DNA from: Octopus sinensis
Lineage: Eukaryota
Assembly (NCBI RefSeq): GCF_006345805.1
Contig: NC_043004.1
Location: 20,274,001-20,338,000, forward strand
Length of the DNA: 64,000 bases
Direction: 5' to 3'
Notes under the pieces: generated by a model
What the model saw: the letters and a program-made list of their open reading frames with translations, nothing else
Told to the model about the DNA's origin: nothing
The model's database searches: none
Program-made: the position numbers and the translations under genes
Shown: piece after piece, positions 26,804-40,003 of the stretch
How the letters are laid out: the number at the start of each line of letters is the position of its first letter
How positions within the stretch are numbered: the first letter of the stretch is position 1

Positions 26804-27095
26804 AACAAGAGCGCTCAAAGAGCGCATACCACCTCCAAGGCAACACCAAAGTGCTCTCAACGATTAAACGGGGATGATTTTTAAAATGAGAATGTCTGAA
26901 ATAAGCTCCACTGCTCTCACAAACGAGAATACTAAAAATGAACCCGATCGCTCTCAACAATTACGTAAAAAAAAAAAGCGAAAAAATAATCGGGAAACCT
27001 TGCCCAGTACCGGATCGATCCCAAAATCTAATCCGTTCGACGGATCTTGAGATATCTTGTCTACGGGCAAACAAACACGACTGAAAACGAGTCTA
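26804..27095 (+). mobile_element. Non-autonomous pearl/HINE (Helentron-associated)-like element
   Basis: Starts AACAAGAGCGCTCAAAGAGCGC (short hairpin) and ends ..CCGGATCGATCCCAAAATCTAATCCG..GAGATATC..CAAACAAACACGACTGAAAAC, a layout I associate with pearl-like elements (from memory). Confidence 0.45.
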
Positions 27096-27110
27096 GGACA
27101 TTTTTACCCA

Positions 27111-27301
27111 CTGTGTGTGATAAGAAGGCGGAGATGTTACTGTGTGTGGTAAGAAGGCGCGGGTTTGACTGTATGTGGTAGGATGATGCAGGCGTGACTG
27201 TATTTGGTAAGAAGGCGCGGGCGTGTCTGTGTGTGGTAAGAAGGCGCAGGCGTGACTGTGTGCGGTAAGAAGGCGCAGGCGTGACTGCGTGTGGTAAGAA
27301 G
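27111..27301 (+). repeat. 29-bp minisatellite, 6.6 copies
   Basis: Units CTGTGTGTGGTAAGAAGGCGCAGGCGTGA start at 27111, 27140, 27169, 27198, 27227 and 27256, with a partial unit at 27285. Confidence 0.95.
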
Positions 27302-27520
27302 CCCGTCGTATATATATTTGTGTGTCTGTGTTTGTCCCCTGCCAACGTTTGACGACCGGTGTTGGTGTGTTTACGTCCCCATAACTTAGCGTTACAAAAT
27401 AAGTACTAATCTTTAAAAAAATACATACTAGAGTCGAATCTTCCGACTACAGTTCATCGAGGTGGTGTTCCAGCATGGCAGCAGTCTAATGCCTGAAGCA
27501 TGTAAAAGATAAAAGGAAGA
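27293..27520 (+). mobile_element. 3' half of SINE family C
   Basis: AAGAAGCCCGTCGTATATA..CGTTTGACGACCGGTGTTGGTGTGTTTACGTCCCCATAACTTAGCG..CCAGCATGGC..AAGATAAAAG matches the copies at 36245, 42575 and 44575. Confidence 0.8.
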
Positions 27521-27895
27521 TAATAATATTGATTTCTTACATAGCAACAAGCCCTCGAATATGAAGAATGGTCCCAGAAACTCAAACATAGCAAGAAGCC
27601 CTCGAATATGAAGAATGGCCCCAGGAACTTAAGCTTTTTTCTATGGAAACCTGGAGGAGAAATGGCAAAGTTCACTCTGGTGAGATTTGAATTCAAAATA
27701 TAAACAGTGTTTATTAAACATCGGAAGGTCTTACCGTTTCTGTCATCTGCCACGGTTTGTCGCAAGATAATATTAAATTATTGTTTCTCATTTAAGGCAA
27801 GTTTACATCAATATATTACAACAGGATCTACATACGTCATAAAATGGTATTTTCAGTGTAGTTCCACTCCACAGCAAAGGGAAAGAAATCTATCG

Positions 27896-27898
<3 letters not shown>

Positions 27899-27987
<89 letters not shown>
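27899..27987. repeat. (TG)n microsatellite
   Basis: About 44 uninterrupted TG units. Confidence 0.97.
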
Positions 27988-27990
<3 letters not shown>

Positions 27991-28689
27991 TTGAATAGTA
28001 ATGGTTCTTGTTAGAATGTGCATGGTGTTACAAGAATTGTTTAAATCCATTTTTTCATTTATACATTCAACTTTTCTTCCTATTAGATTAAATCCGGCGA
28101 TGTGTATTGTTATGAGTCATTATTTCGTTGCTGGTAGTACACAAAAATAGGTAGGCTGCGGTGGTAGTATTTATATTAACATGTATTTTATCTTAGCCGA
28201 ATAAATCGACCCAAGTAATTATATTTTCTCAGACTGAAACTTATTCTATCAGTCTCTTTGCGTAATTTAGACGACAGTTTATTCACCGCACCCTATTTAT
28301 ATATACACACGCGCCTCTGTGTACGCATATGCGTGCGAGTGTATATATATATATCTACATATATTTGTATGTGTATTTGTGTGCGTGCGCGTACATATCC
28401 GTATATATGTGTGTGTATATATATATATGCATGTGCGTGTGTGCGTGTGTGTCCATGTGTGTGTATGTGTGTATGTGTCCGAGCGTTAGTATGTACATAG
28501 ATGTATATGTGAACGACCATGTATATGTACGTAAATGCCAATTTTTAAAGGTCAGCTGAGGACAATCGGATGTGTAACCAGCCATGAAGAACAAATCAGC
28601 AGTATAAATCAAATCAAATGGCATTCCCTTTAAAAATGTAACCACTTTAACAGTAACAGAATCACCGTCCCAGTACATCTACACACCTT

Positions 28690-31600
28690 TGATAAACTCA
28701 GTGACTATTACTAACTTCAGGCGACGACAGACAGAGAGGATGCTCTTGAAGCCGAGAATTTGAACTTACGGAAACAATATATACATATCTCTGCAGGAAA
28801 CACAACTAGATCTTATGATACAGGGAAACCATTGCATAATCAAGTACCTGCACGCCTAGAGAACTATGCTGCCTAGAAACAATTGTAGTAACTAAAAATA
28901 AATGTCCAACCGTACTCCTTGTTGACTCCAATTTTTTTCAGTTTTCTATTCACACACGACAAAAGCCCAAACGCAAACCTGGAACTACGTATTATACTGG
29001 ACGTTCTTCATCTGGTTCTACGTTTCAATAGAATCACTGGAATGCAGAGAATTCACTTGATCTAGGGATGAAGCATCAACTGTGTATTTATTAGATCCAT
29101 TGATATAACGAATATCGGTCGTTATCTGCAATGCAAAATCAAGATACTTTATTCCCCTTGGAGAATATTTACCCAGTTTAGACTGAAAAGCAAAGTTAAA
29201 GGTTTATGGCCAGCATATATGACAAAGCTTCTTCCTTCCTGAAAATGGTGAAAATGCTTAACTGATGAATATGCTGCTAACAATTCCAACCGAAAGTACT
29301 ATATCTACACTCAGTTTCACCGCTTCAAGAAAAGGAAACAAAATCGCCAAGAATCTTGAATAACTCGTCGTAAAATATCAATTCCCACGTCAGGAGCATT
29401 CACTGGCAGAGAGGATGCTCTTGAAGCCGAGAATTTGAACTTACGGAAACAATATATACATATCTCTGCAGGAAACACAACTAGATCTTATGATACAGGG
29501 AAACCATTGCATAATCAAGTACCTGCACGCCTAGAGAACTATGCTGCCTAGAAACAATTGTAGTAACTAAAAATAAATGTCCAACCGTACTCCTTGTTGA
29601 CTCCAATTTTTTTCAGTTTTCTATTCACACACGACAAAAGCCCAAACGCAAACCTGGAACTACGTATTATACTGGAAGTTCTTCATCTGGTTCTACGTTT
29701 CAATAGAATCACTGGAATGCAGAGAATTCACTTGATCTAGGGATGAAGCATCAACTGTGTATTTATTAGATCCATTGATATAACGAATATCGGTCGTTAT
29801 CTGCAATGCAAAATCAAGATACTTTATTCCCCTTGGAGAATATTTACCCAGTTTAGACTGAAAAGCAAAGTTAAAGGTTTATGGCCAGCATATATGACAA
29901 AGCTTCTTCCTTCCTGAAAATGGTGAAAATGCTTAACTGATGAATATGCTGCTAACAATTCCAACCGAAAGTACTATATCTACACTCAGTTTCAACCGCT
30001 TCAAGGAAAAGGAAACAAAATCGCCAAGAATCTTGAATAACTCGTCGTAAAATATCAATTCCCACGTCAGGAGCATTCACTGGCAGAGAAAAGAATCCAT
30101 CGGATATCGGGTGAGTCAATAAAGTGGCCTTGAATAATTTCTTTTTCATCTTGTTAAGCGAATGTTTAACCTTTTCTGATTGCGAAACAATTCAGTTAAA
30201 GGGTGAGTCGTTTCACCATAGAGAGAAATATGCCATCTGTAGAAATTCATTAAGCCAAGAGATTCATGTAATATTCATATCGAAGTAGGGGTTGGAAATT
30301 TTACCATTATGTCTACTCTTTCTGTCATAGTACAAAAACATTGCTATCAGTGTTGTGGCCTAAAAAGATTTCAGTTGAAACAACTAAGAGACATTTACTA
30401 GGGTTAATGAAAACTCCGTAATGTGCTAATTTAGTAAAGAGATTATTTACCTTATGTTCATGTTCCAATTTCGAAGTGCTAGTGACCAATAAATCATCGA
30501 TATAAAAAAAAGAAAGCAGAATTAAAACTGTGGTTCAATTCATCAATAAATCTAGCAGAAATTTGCAGAATTCCTGATCCCATAAGGCATTCTGACGGGT
30601 TCATGTAGTCTAAAAGATGTGATAACAGATATCGTATGAATGTGACTGGGTTATAAACAACTCTAGCACTATGTAGAGGAGATAAGCAATCATGAACGTT
30701 GGGAAAAGGATATTTATCTGACACCATTTTGGTATTTAAAATCTTATTATTCCCATAGAGATGCCAATCAGCTTCACTATTTTTCGGTACTACATAAAGA
30801 GGAGCCCAATTACGAGAAGTTTGAGTAATACCGAGTTTCGGTTAAATGCATCTTCATCAATTTTCATTCTGGCTAGAGTAAGACGTCTAACACGAACGAG
30901 ATTTCGAAGAGAGTAAGTAATATAAAATAACCGACTTATTTTAGAAGTACCAGGGATACAGTTAACATTATTCTTTGGCGTCTACGTTTTTCAGTTGCTT
31001 AGAAGCAGACTTAAAAGAGCAAGGGGGCACATAGCAATGAGCCTGCGATACCAACACTGTAAAAATTTCTCCTACAAAAACTAGAGGAGCGTTTCCCCAT
31101 CAATTTTCTGGAACGTAAAATCGAAGGCGCAGAAAAAGTGCTTCCAGATGTTCGATTTTTTTTTTACATCTGTCTTGGGTAAACTTCAGTAAACTTAAGG
31201 AACGCTGCCATTTCTAAAGAAATAAAGCAAGCTGAAAGGAGTAGACGGAGCTAGAAGTGATATATCGCAAACTATGCTAGTTTATCAAGAAAACTACAGT
31301 CTCTAACAGATGCTATAATTGTCTATACTTTTGGCGGTAAACGTGAAAGGAACAAATATTTCATGAAATATTCAGCTGGGAAATACGATTTCAAGAAGGT
31401 ACTTCACTCTTCGTGGTAGTTTTGATGGCCTTTTATTTCCCAAGGTTTCACTGGGAAGAAGTTCATCGAAATGCTAAGAGAACTGGACGTGCGTTTTAAT
31501 ATCTCTAATTTAATTTCCTGATATGAAATTGCACCTGTAGGAGCTGTAATTACGTCCTTTAGCTCACCGCTTCGGGTCGTTGAAGAACACTTATTAATAT

Positions 31601-31770
31601 ATCGAGTTAATGAGATTCTGACTGGATTTAATTGGCTGGAAATTGAAGTTCCAATTGCGCGAACCAAATCACAGCGTCTCTAGCCCAAAGTAGAGGAGTG
31701 GAAAAAAATATTGCAGTTTGCGATGCTGAGGCTGGGGTTTCAGTAGACGGAGATGATATGGCAACTTTCT
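28690..31770 (-). mobile_element. Decayed Ty3/Gypsy LTR retrotransposon interior (gag, RT, RNase H)
   Basis: gag-like ELKDVITAPTGAISYQEIKLEILKRTSSS (31404-31667); RT-like VSDKYPFPNVHDCLSPLHSARV..ARFIDEL (30494-30727); RNase H-like ATLLTHP..CRYSTF..HFHHFQEGRSFVIYAGHKPLT..KYSPRGIKYLDF..TDIRYINGSN (~29750-30130). No LTRs recognised. Confidence 0.85.
28732..30089. repeat. Near-identical tandem duplication (2 x ~675 bp) of the Gypsy RNase H region
   Basis: Copies start CAGAGAGGATGCTC at 28732 and 29407. Only about three small differences seen, with CAGAGA microhomology at the junctions. Confidence 0.95.
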
Positions 31771-31922
31771 GTTTACTAATCTATTTACACCGAGACGGCA
31801 GTGAAGTATCGCAGATAATGCAGTTGAAATGCATTGGAACAAATATGCCAAACACATCTACCACCGCTCATGAAAAACGATTGATGAAATACTAGAAATG
31901 GTAGAATAGTAAATGTACATAT

Positions 31923-32308
<386 letters not shown>

Positions 32309-32313
<5 letters not shown>

Positions 32314-32369
32314 TAAATTAGAGACAAAACCACTATTAGGCAAATAGGTTTTGTCTCTAGTTTAATATA
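32309..32369. repeat. 23-bp hairpin between (TA)n tracts; a second 15-bp hairpin at 32548-32581
   Basis: TATATTAAATTAGAGACAAAACC / GGTTTTGTCTCTAGTTTAATATA (one G.T pair); AAAGTGATTGTTTCT-gata-AGAAACAATCACTTT. Confidence 0.85.
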
Positions 32370-32466
32370 ATATAATATTTTACTATAAAATTGGATTCAA
32401 TCCTAAATCTGATTTTTCCCTGTAAGTTTGGATTTATTCCTTAATATTTATTATTATTATTATTAT

Positions 32467-32523
<57 letters not shown>

Positions 32524-32621
32524 TAAACTATGGTTGCAGAACAAACAAAAGTGATTGTTTCTGATAAGAAACAATCACTTTATTATTGATATATATGTGT
32601 GTGTGTGTGTGTGTGTGTCTG

Positions 32622-32652
<31 letters not shown>

Positions 32653-32920
32653 TTAGCAATTAAGGACAACTACTTAATAAGGAAAACTTAACAAGAAATT
32701 GTCAGGTAGAGAGCGTGAAAACCTCATAAGAGAAAAAATTTCGAAAATAATTATTTCTTATTGAACATATTAATTTATATATAGAGGGCATTATACATAC
32801 ATGCCAGAAGGCATTATACATACATGCCACACGCTAAGAGGGACAATTAGTCATTTCTACCAAAAATATTACTAATCCCACCGAATGCAATTTTTCAAAG
32901 TAAGACATTTAAAAAATATA

Positions 32921-32966
32921 GACCTGTATCACAGTGATTTCATACTTACGTATTCATCAGCAGGCC
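32921..32966 (-). ncRNA. Type I hammerhead ribozyme
   Basis: Minus strand: ggcctg-CTGATGA-atac-GTAA-gtat-GAAA-tcactgtga-TA-caggtc. Stem I is 6 bp (one G.U), stem II is 4 bp with a GNRA loop, stem III is tcac/gtga, and the triplet is AUA. Confidence 0.85.
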
Positions 32967-33400
32967 TGAATGTATTATAAATAAACAACGACCCTGCCCC
33001 GCTTAAGCCGACCAGCTAACTGATCAACATCAACGAAGCACATGGGTGAGTTTACATATATTACATCCGGATAAATGGCAAACTTTTACGAATTGCATTT
33101 CGGGAGAGGAAAAGTTTTTTCGGAATAAAAATTTAGCAATTAAGGACAACTACTTAATAAGGAAAACTTAACAAGAAATTGTCAGGTAGATAGCGTGAAA
33201 ACCTCACAAGAGAAAAAATTTCGAAAATAATTATTTCTTATTGAACATATTAATTTATATATAGAGGGCATTATACATACATGCCAGAAGGCATTATACA
33301 TACATGCCACACGCTAAGAGGGACAATTAGTCATTTCTACCAAAAATATTACTAATCCCACCGAATGCAATTTTTCAAAGTAAGACATTTAAAAAATATA

Positions 33401-33446
33401 GACCTGTATCACAGTGATTTCATACTTACGTATTCATCAGCAGGCC
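33401..33446 (-). ncRNA. Type I hammerhead ribozyme (second identical copy)
   Basis: Identical to 32921-32966, offset by exactly 480 bp. Confidence 0.85.
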
Positions 33447-33939
33447 TGAATGTATTATAAATAAACAACGACCCTGCCCCGCTTAAGCCGATCAGCTAAC
33501 TGATCAACATCAACGAAGCACATGGGTGAGTTTACATATATTACATCCGGATAAATGGCAAACTTTTACGAATTGCATTTCGGGAGAGGAAAAGTTTTTT
33601 CGGAATAAAAATTTAGCAATTAAGGACAACTACTTAATAAGGAAAACTTAACAAGAAATTGTCAGGTAGATATATATATATAAGTTCAATTTAGGTATGA
33701 ACCTTGTTAGTTTACGAAAGCTCATCTACAGGTATCAGCTACTAGACACGAGTTTACGGCGGAAACCGATCGTATTACTGAAGATACATCTGGATATCCT
33801 TGAATATCCGTAGAGTGTATATAAAAATGTGTAAATTCATTGCGTTCATACCTGATGAGTCTACACTTAAGAGTAATGCTGAAATAATAGTGATGCAATG
33901 TATTAATAAATCGTAATCTTTGTTTTGTTGTCACTTTAT

Positions 33940-36000
33940 GACTGTAAGTTGATTTATGATAGAGGTTGATCTTCCCTGAATGTATTCTTGAATGGTTGAC
34001 TGCTCCGGTATCGTCGTTAGGAGTTTATCCAAAGTTCTTTAATGCATCAGTAGAAGTCCCTTTTATACTTCTGACTTCTTTTGGTACAGTTGAGGACCAC
34101 CGAATACAGGACTGGTACAATAGTGCTTTTGCCCGTGATTTCGAAGGTGGTATATTTGGAAGTTGACAGCATCTACCAGTTCGTACATTAATAGTTCCTC
34201 TAATGCCGAAGTTTGGAACATGCTGCTCCAGGATTTTCTATGCATATATGATAGCATATCTCTATCACTTTGGCGTTCAAGAGAGCAGAGACGCAAATCT
34301 TTTAGATGTTCCCAGTAATTAAGGACTTTAACCGAAGTATATCATCTTCCATAATATCAGCCATTTCTTGACATATCTCTGCAGTTGATTTCTGAGGCAA
34401 AAGAATTCGTTTGGATTATTTTATTAATTATAGGTTGAGATAATATGTACACTGTTATATCGACTCAAGTGTCCGCGTTTTTGTTATGGATAAGTAGTAT
34501 ATTATCCATTTTGCTCCATTAGACAGCCAAACTAGTGTGTAGAAGATTTTTGCCTAGCAAAGGGGAAAAAGGACTTGGGATTAGACTTTATATTCTCCCC
34601 TGTTCGATGTTCCTTTAGCGAAGTTTCTTTTTCATAAAGTATTTTTAGGTCCAGCGAAATGTGTTTTTTTCCTTTTTCGCAATCTCATCTGTTGAGAGAG
34701 TTTGGTTTTTTTTTTTTTTAGTTGTTTTGTTAGTTTGATTCTGTTACGCATTAGTGTCTGTCTATCTCGTTAAATCATGTTCTTACGGGAATCGACATGC
34801 TTTCGACAGACCTTGATTAACGCTTCGTACAGAAGGTTCATTCCTCATTAACATTCAGGTTGCCAATATGCTGAGACCAATTTGTTTCGATTTCCGTCGA
34901 ACTGGATTCCTGAAATTCAAGTTCATGAAGATTGAATTATGCTTGATATTATTTTTGTCTATGTGTTGCTCACTTTGAACCATACATAGATAATTGTGTA
35001 ATGTTGTCAGAAATAGTTGTTGAAATTACATGAATATTACGAATGAAGTTTGTATAGGGAGTAAAGACTAGGTCGAGTATATCATTTACCTAAGTTAGAG
35101 AAGTAATGCTTTGTTGCATGAGAAAGTCATAAGTGGTATCGAGGAGGGTGTTCATATCTCTCTTGTATAGTTTCCGGCTGGATGTAGCTATCAGGCTAGC
35201 TGAGATTAGGAAAATTAAAATCCCTTTTTAATTAAAAGTACATTGGTCTGTGGGCTGGCCTCACTTAGGGTCTGACTTATAATCGATAAAGCATTTCTGA
35301 AGTGATCTCCGTGGTTAGCCGCATCAGGAGGACGATGAGTAATGCCTTTGATCAAATCGAGGTCAATAACTTGAATTATTAGTGTATCGTAAACTGTTAG
35401 AATAGAGAGGAGGACATTTATTGCCAGATCTCCACGGATGAAGAGCGCTACTCCTTCTTTCCGTATGCGGTCAGTTCTGTGTAGTACATAACCTGACATG
35501 TGCACTTTCGCATCCAATATGTTTGAGGTCAGGTGTGTTTCACTTAGTGCTATACATATTGTCTATTTTCTGTGTGCAAGGTCTCTAAGATATGATACTT
35601 TTGTTTGATTTGTGTATTGTGAAAGACCCTGTACATTCAGCATTATTATTGAGCTGGGTGTATACGTTAATGACAGCAGCGGTGGGGTAACTGTAGGGGT
35701 TAATACTGTGTGAAAGCTAAAAAACTTTTCTTGTAATATTTTTTGCCAGATTCATCATGGCTAAAACAGAATTTTCTAGTTTTGGTAGGGGTTTGTGTCT
35801 GGAGTTATGGTTGCACTGTTGGATATGGTTACATGGTTTACGTTTGTTGATTTTACTATTGTCCCCAGTGGATATCTGGGTGACATCTGAGTTTCAGGGA
35901 AAGGCTGGACCAGCGCTGCCACTGTAAGGGATGTTTTTAATGTACATTTCTGGGTGACTTGGCGTCATACTTTCAATAGTGCATTGAATCTCTGGAAGGG
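33940..36000 (-). mobile_element. Internally deleted, decayed CR1-group LINE (AP endonuclease through 3' end)
   Basis: APE: MLNVQGLS..KVSYLRDL..CIALSETHL..DAKVHMSGYVLHRTDR..GVALF..HRPP (35215-35645). Also RDRQTLMRNRIKL (~34750) and C-terminal RTLDKLLTTIPEQ..SIINQL (~33950-34040). Confidence 0.8.
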
Positions 36001-36244
36001 TGAAGGGTCAGTCATGCTTCAGAAATAATTTCACGCGTTGGAAAAGATGTCTCGCGTTGTTAGAGGAGATAAAACGGTTGTATTATGCAATAAGCGTGTT
36101 TGCTCGAACCATATCTTGTTCATACTTATGTATATATAAACGTTCTGAAATAAGCTATTGCAAGAGTATTCGATGTATTGCCTATTTGATTTGATTTTTT
36201 TGTTTCTTTTGTGTTCTATTTCTACATATACACCCACACATGTG

Positions 36245-36632
36245 TGGCAAAGAGCAGGTGTTACCGTATGGTAAGTAATTTGCTTCACAACCACTTGGAA
36301 CTTGGTTCAGTTGCACTGATGGAACCTTCAGCAAGTGTATTCTACAATAGATCCGGGCCGACCAAAGCCTTGTGAGTGGATTTGGTAGACGGAAACTGAA
36401 AGAAGCCCGTAGTCTCTATCTCTCTCTCTCTCTTATATGCACCCGCCCGCTGTATCCTTGTCTTTGTGGATGTGCTTGTCTCCACTATCGTTTGACAATT
36501 GGTTTTGGCTTGTTATGTCCCCGTGGCGTAACGGTTCAGCAAAAGAAACTGGTAGAATATGTACCAGGCTTTTAAAAGAAAGTACATTGGTCGCTTCGTT
36601 CGAGTTAACCCCCTCAAGGCTGCAGTAAAAGA
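36245..36632 (+). mobile_element. tRNA-derived SINE family C
   Basis: Degenerate A/B-box head, then GGGCCGACCAAAGCCTTGTGAGTGGATTTGGTAGACGGAAACTGAAAGAAGCCCG, an internal microsatellite and the shared 3' block. Confidence 0.8.
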
Positions 36633-39054
36633 TAAACATCATATATATATATGAATGATATTTTATATATTTTTGCGTATATCCTTGGATTTGAACTCAA
36701 AACCCACATTTCAATGCTGAAGTATTTTAGAATTCTTTTTAAAATTGATGCTAGATCCCGTATGGAAATAATTCTGTATGTGATTATCATGAATAAATTT
36801 GGCTTCTTAATGTTCGTTATATGATCTTATGAAATCAATATTTGAATATTTACTTTTTATGGTTTGTGTAAAGTTCAAAAGCATCTGCAAAAGTCTAAAC
36901 AGATATTGTTTGGACAGCATTTTATAAGCGTTTACGAGAATAACGTTTGTGCTCTTTGTGTTTATCAAGGCTACAACATTTATTCAAATGAAGAATTTAA
37001 AACAAAATGCTTCAAATCGTTCAAAATAGCACTTTATTCATTAATAAAAATATATTGTGTAATTATCAACATATTTATATTTTATAAGATTTTACTTCTG
37101 TAAGATTTTACGGCTTTTTTTTTGTTTACTACTGTATGTGTGTAGACACACATAAACGTAGGGAAAATATGACCAACAACCTTACTTGCTCGAAGATATA
37201 AAAATATGACGGATCTAAAGCATTCTGAAAAGTATATGGTCGTCTTATAAAGAATTATGGAAACTAATTAATTTTTTGGACATGGAATTTGCAACAGATT
37301 TTGGAAACATGATCAGAAAATATAGAACGACACAGAATTAGAATGGTGGCATAAGAATATTCTCAGAATAGATTTTATTAAATAGAAACAGCAGATAGAC
37401 CTTCTTACGTTGTATGAAACTATTTGCTTATCTAATAAAATAAGTAACTAGTAAGCATCCAGAACAGTTAGTACATATAGGATTTTCCTTCTGCTTGAGA
37501 TGTATTTCTAAATGTTGCGCAGTGTGAGTTGTTTCTTTAATGATTAATGTTACGAACTAATTTCGCACAAGTTAGCGAAATATATTCCCCATGATCAACT
37601 TAGTACCACACTGAAAATGTATTCGCTCAATATTTCTATTACTTAATTTTTCTAAATTTTTTTTTAATGATCTCATAGGTGCAATACTATACCCTTTCAC
37701 TGCTACAGTGAATAGCTCTCATTGTTATTTTCATGTAATACTGTCGTATCCATAATAGCGAGATCTCATCTACACTATATTAGTTTGGGCTTATTCCAGT
37801 TGAAGTCTACAAACTCCAGGTTGTATAATTGATTTATCTCCCTAAACTCCGTCTTCTTCATATACTGCTGATTTTTAAGAACTGTCACTATGCAATAGCA
37901 CAGTGTGATGTAGATGGATCACCAGTAGTCCTTACTAAAGTCTTCAAGTTTCACAGTGGATTCATTCGACCAAGCAAGTCACTGATTTGTACATGATACA
38001 ATCTAAATTGTATATCATTTAAAAGCAAACGTATTTTACACGTGATTGTGCATTTATTTTATCATGCATGATGAATTTCTTAATTTAATATATTTGTCTA
38101 ATGTTTTGCTATGTGATATAAATAGCCCTTTACCATTTAAACCGGTCATATTCGATCCAAATATTCTACCTGTTTTCTTGTTCAAACCAGTCACAATTGT
38201 TCGCTCACACACACACTACAATGCCATTCTTAAAATAAACAATTACATCATCGAAATCTCAAAAACAATATGAATAAATAAGTATTAATTTTGGCAGCGT
38301 AATCTGAAATCTAAAGGCTGTTAAAACTAAATTTATAATTGGTTCAAGCAGTTTTTCTCGTGAAGTTTGTAGACCACTTTTTGGAAAAAAAGTTGTGTCT
38401 TACTGAGAGGATAAAAAACATATCCAACACATATACTTTTACCCTCGGAATAAGATTATGGAAAGAGAAATAGATTAGGAGAAAGATACGAAACGAGAGT
38501 AGGAGAGCAGGTAAATGGGAGGAAGATTTTCATTAATTTTATAAGTAATTATTAGTTCAGTCACTACAATTGAATATCGTTGCAATAGTTTTCGTCTTAT
38601 TAGATCTATTCATTTTAATTCGTAATTAAAAAACAATTTTTTCATTCCCTGAGTTTTACTAATCGTCTTTAGTGTCCTTCAATAATGAGCTTGTGGACTA
38701 AAAACCTGTCACAGCCTATTTGTAATTGTGTGTGTGTGTGTGCGTGTGTACGTTTGTGTATATGTGATTTTCAGATTGTATGTCTAATTTAGTGTGTGTT
38801 GGTGTGCTCGTGTGCTTGTGCACAAACGTGTGCTTGTGCGAGTGCAAGCATGTACGTCTATGTATATATGTATGTTTGTCATTGTTCAGTTTTATTTCAA
38901 GATTTCTTGCCAATAGAGAAAAAGCCGGTTTCTAACCTAGATCCAAGGCTTCTCAACATCAACAGGGTAGTTTTGTATGTATGTATGTATGTATGTATGT
39001 ATGTATGTATGTATGTATGTATGTATGTATGTATGTATGTATTTATATATTATG

Positions 39055-40003
39055 TATGAAATTTGTATGTTTGCTTTATGTATGGATTCTCTTGCATATA
39101 GTTTCATATTTTGACATACTAACATATATTTAAATGATAATCTTCTGGAAAAGCTTTACAGATTTTTACGGTTCCAGTGATGGATTGGATCTGTAGTCTT
39201 CGAATGATCTTTCTCCTTTCTGGTTTTGAGAAGCCTGCCTGCATGTATGTCTCTTCTGTTTCTTAATTATTATAAACCTTCTACTGAGAAGGGAGCCGAT
39301 TTCCAACAAAGATACAAGGATCCATCTTTGGGATGTTGTTAACACAAATTCACATTTGGAGCTTGAGAAAAGTCTTGCATATTTTTACTGTTCCACTCAA
39401 AGAATGCACTTGTAATGTACGAATTAGCCGGTCGATTTCTCTTTCTGAAAATACCAGTTTATCCAGATTCTCCTTTAAGCATATACTAACAAACTCTAGT
39501 GCTCCAATTAATATTGGTATGAATGTGAATTCATAATCAGGAATAGAAGCTGGAGTTTTCGAAGCAGTTGTCTATTGATATCCTTTTTTCTTCGATCTAT
39601 GACGGTCCATACCTTTGCCCTTTTGTCCCAAACAACAATATCCAGCCTGTTACGTTTACACTTCGCAGACGTTTTGATGGGAATATTCCATCAGTATTCA
39701 TTGGGTTGGTGTTTGCGAATGTATTCCTCAACAGAGGGATTTTCTAAGTTTATTTCAGGACAGTCTTTTTTGCGGCTGTTATTGTAAATTGTTTTAGCAA
39801 CAACATCGCGCCGCATAGGGAGGTAGTACCTTGACGACATTTTAGGACAGCTGTTAGTCACATGCATGATGTCTTCCACAGAAACATTACACAGCCTACA
39901 CATGCGGTTGCACGTTCGGTTTACAAGAGCGTCACTGTCTCTCTTGTTCACCAGGTACTTTGAAGCATTCTTCTGTTCCTGGATAGCAAACGCAATATAT
40001 TAC
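39055..40003 (-). mobile_element. 5'-truncated R4/Dong-like LINE (CCHC plus restriction-like endonuclease) flanked by (ATAC)n
   Basis: RMCRLCNVSVEDIMHVTNSCPKMSSRYYLPMRRDVVAKTIY..EY*WNIPIKT..CKRNRLDIVVWDK. (TATG)n tracts lie at ~38975-39040 and ~40011-40133. Confidence 0.8.

Larger units (their letters stand above)
32649..33670 (-). repeat. 480-bp tandem repeat (2.1 copies) bounded by (TA)n, one hammerhead per unit
   Basis: Units start AAATTTAGCAATTAAGGAC at 32649, 33129 and 33609 (partial). Three substitutions seen between the two full units. Confidence 0.95.

Noticed and set aside
27111-27301. Short regular repeat considered as a CRISPR array
   Set aside because: Units are contiguous with no unique spacers, the context is eukaryotic and there are no cas genes.
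33847-33895. CTGATGA..GAAA hammerhead-like motif on +
   Set aside because: Stem II is broken, the residue at the cleavage position is G and stem I is poor. At best a dead relic.
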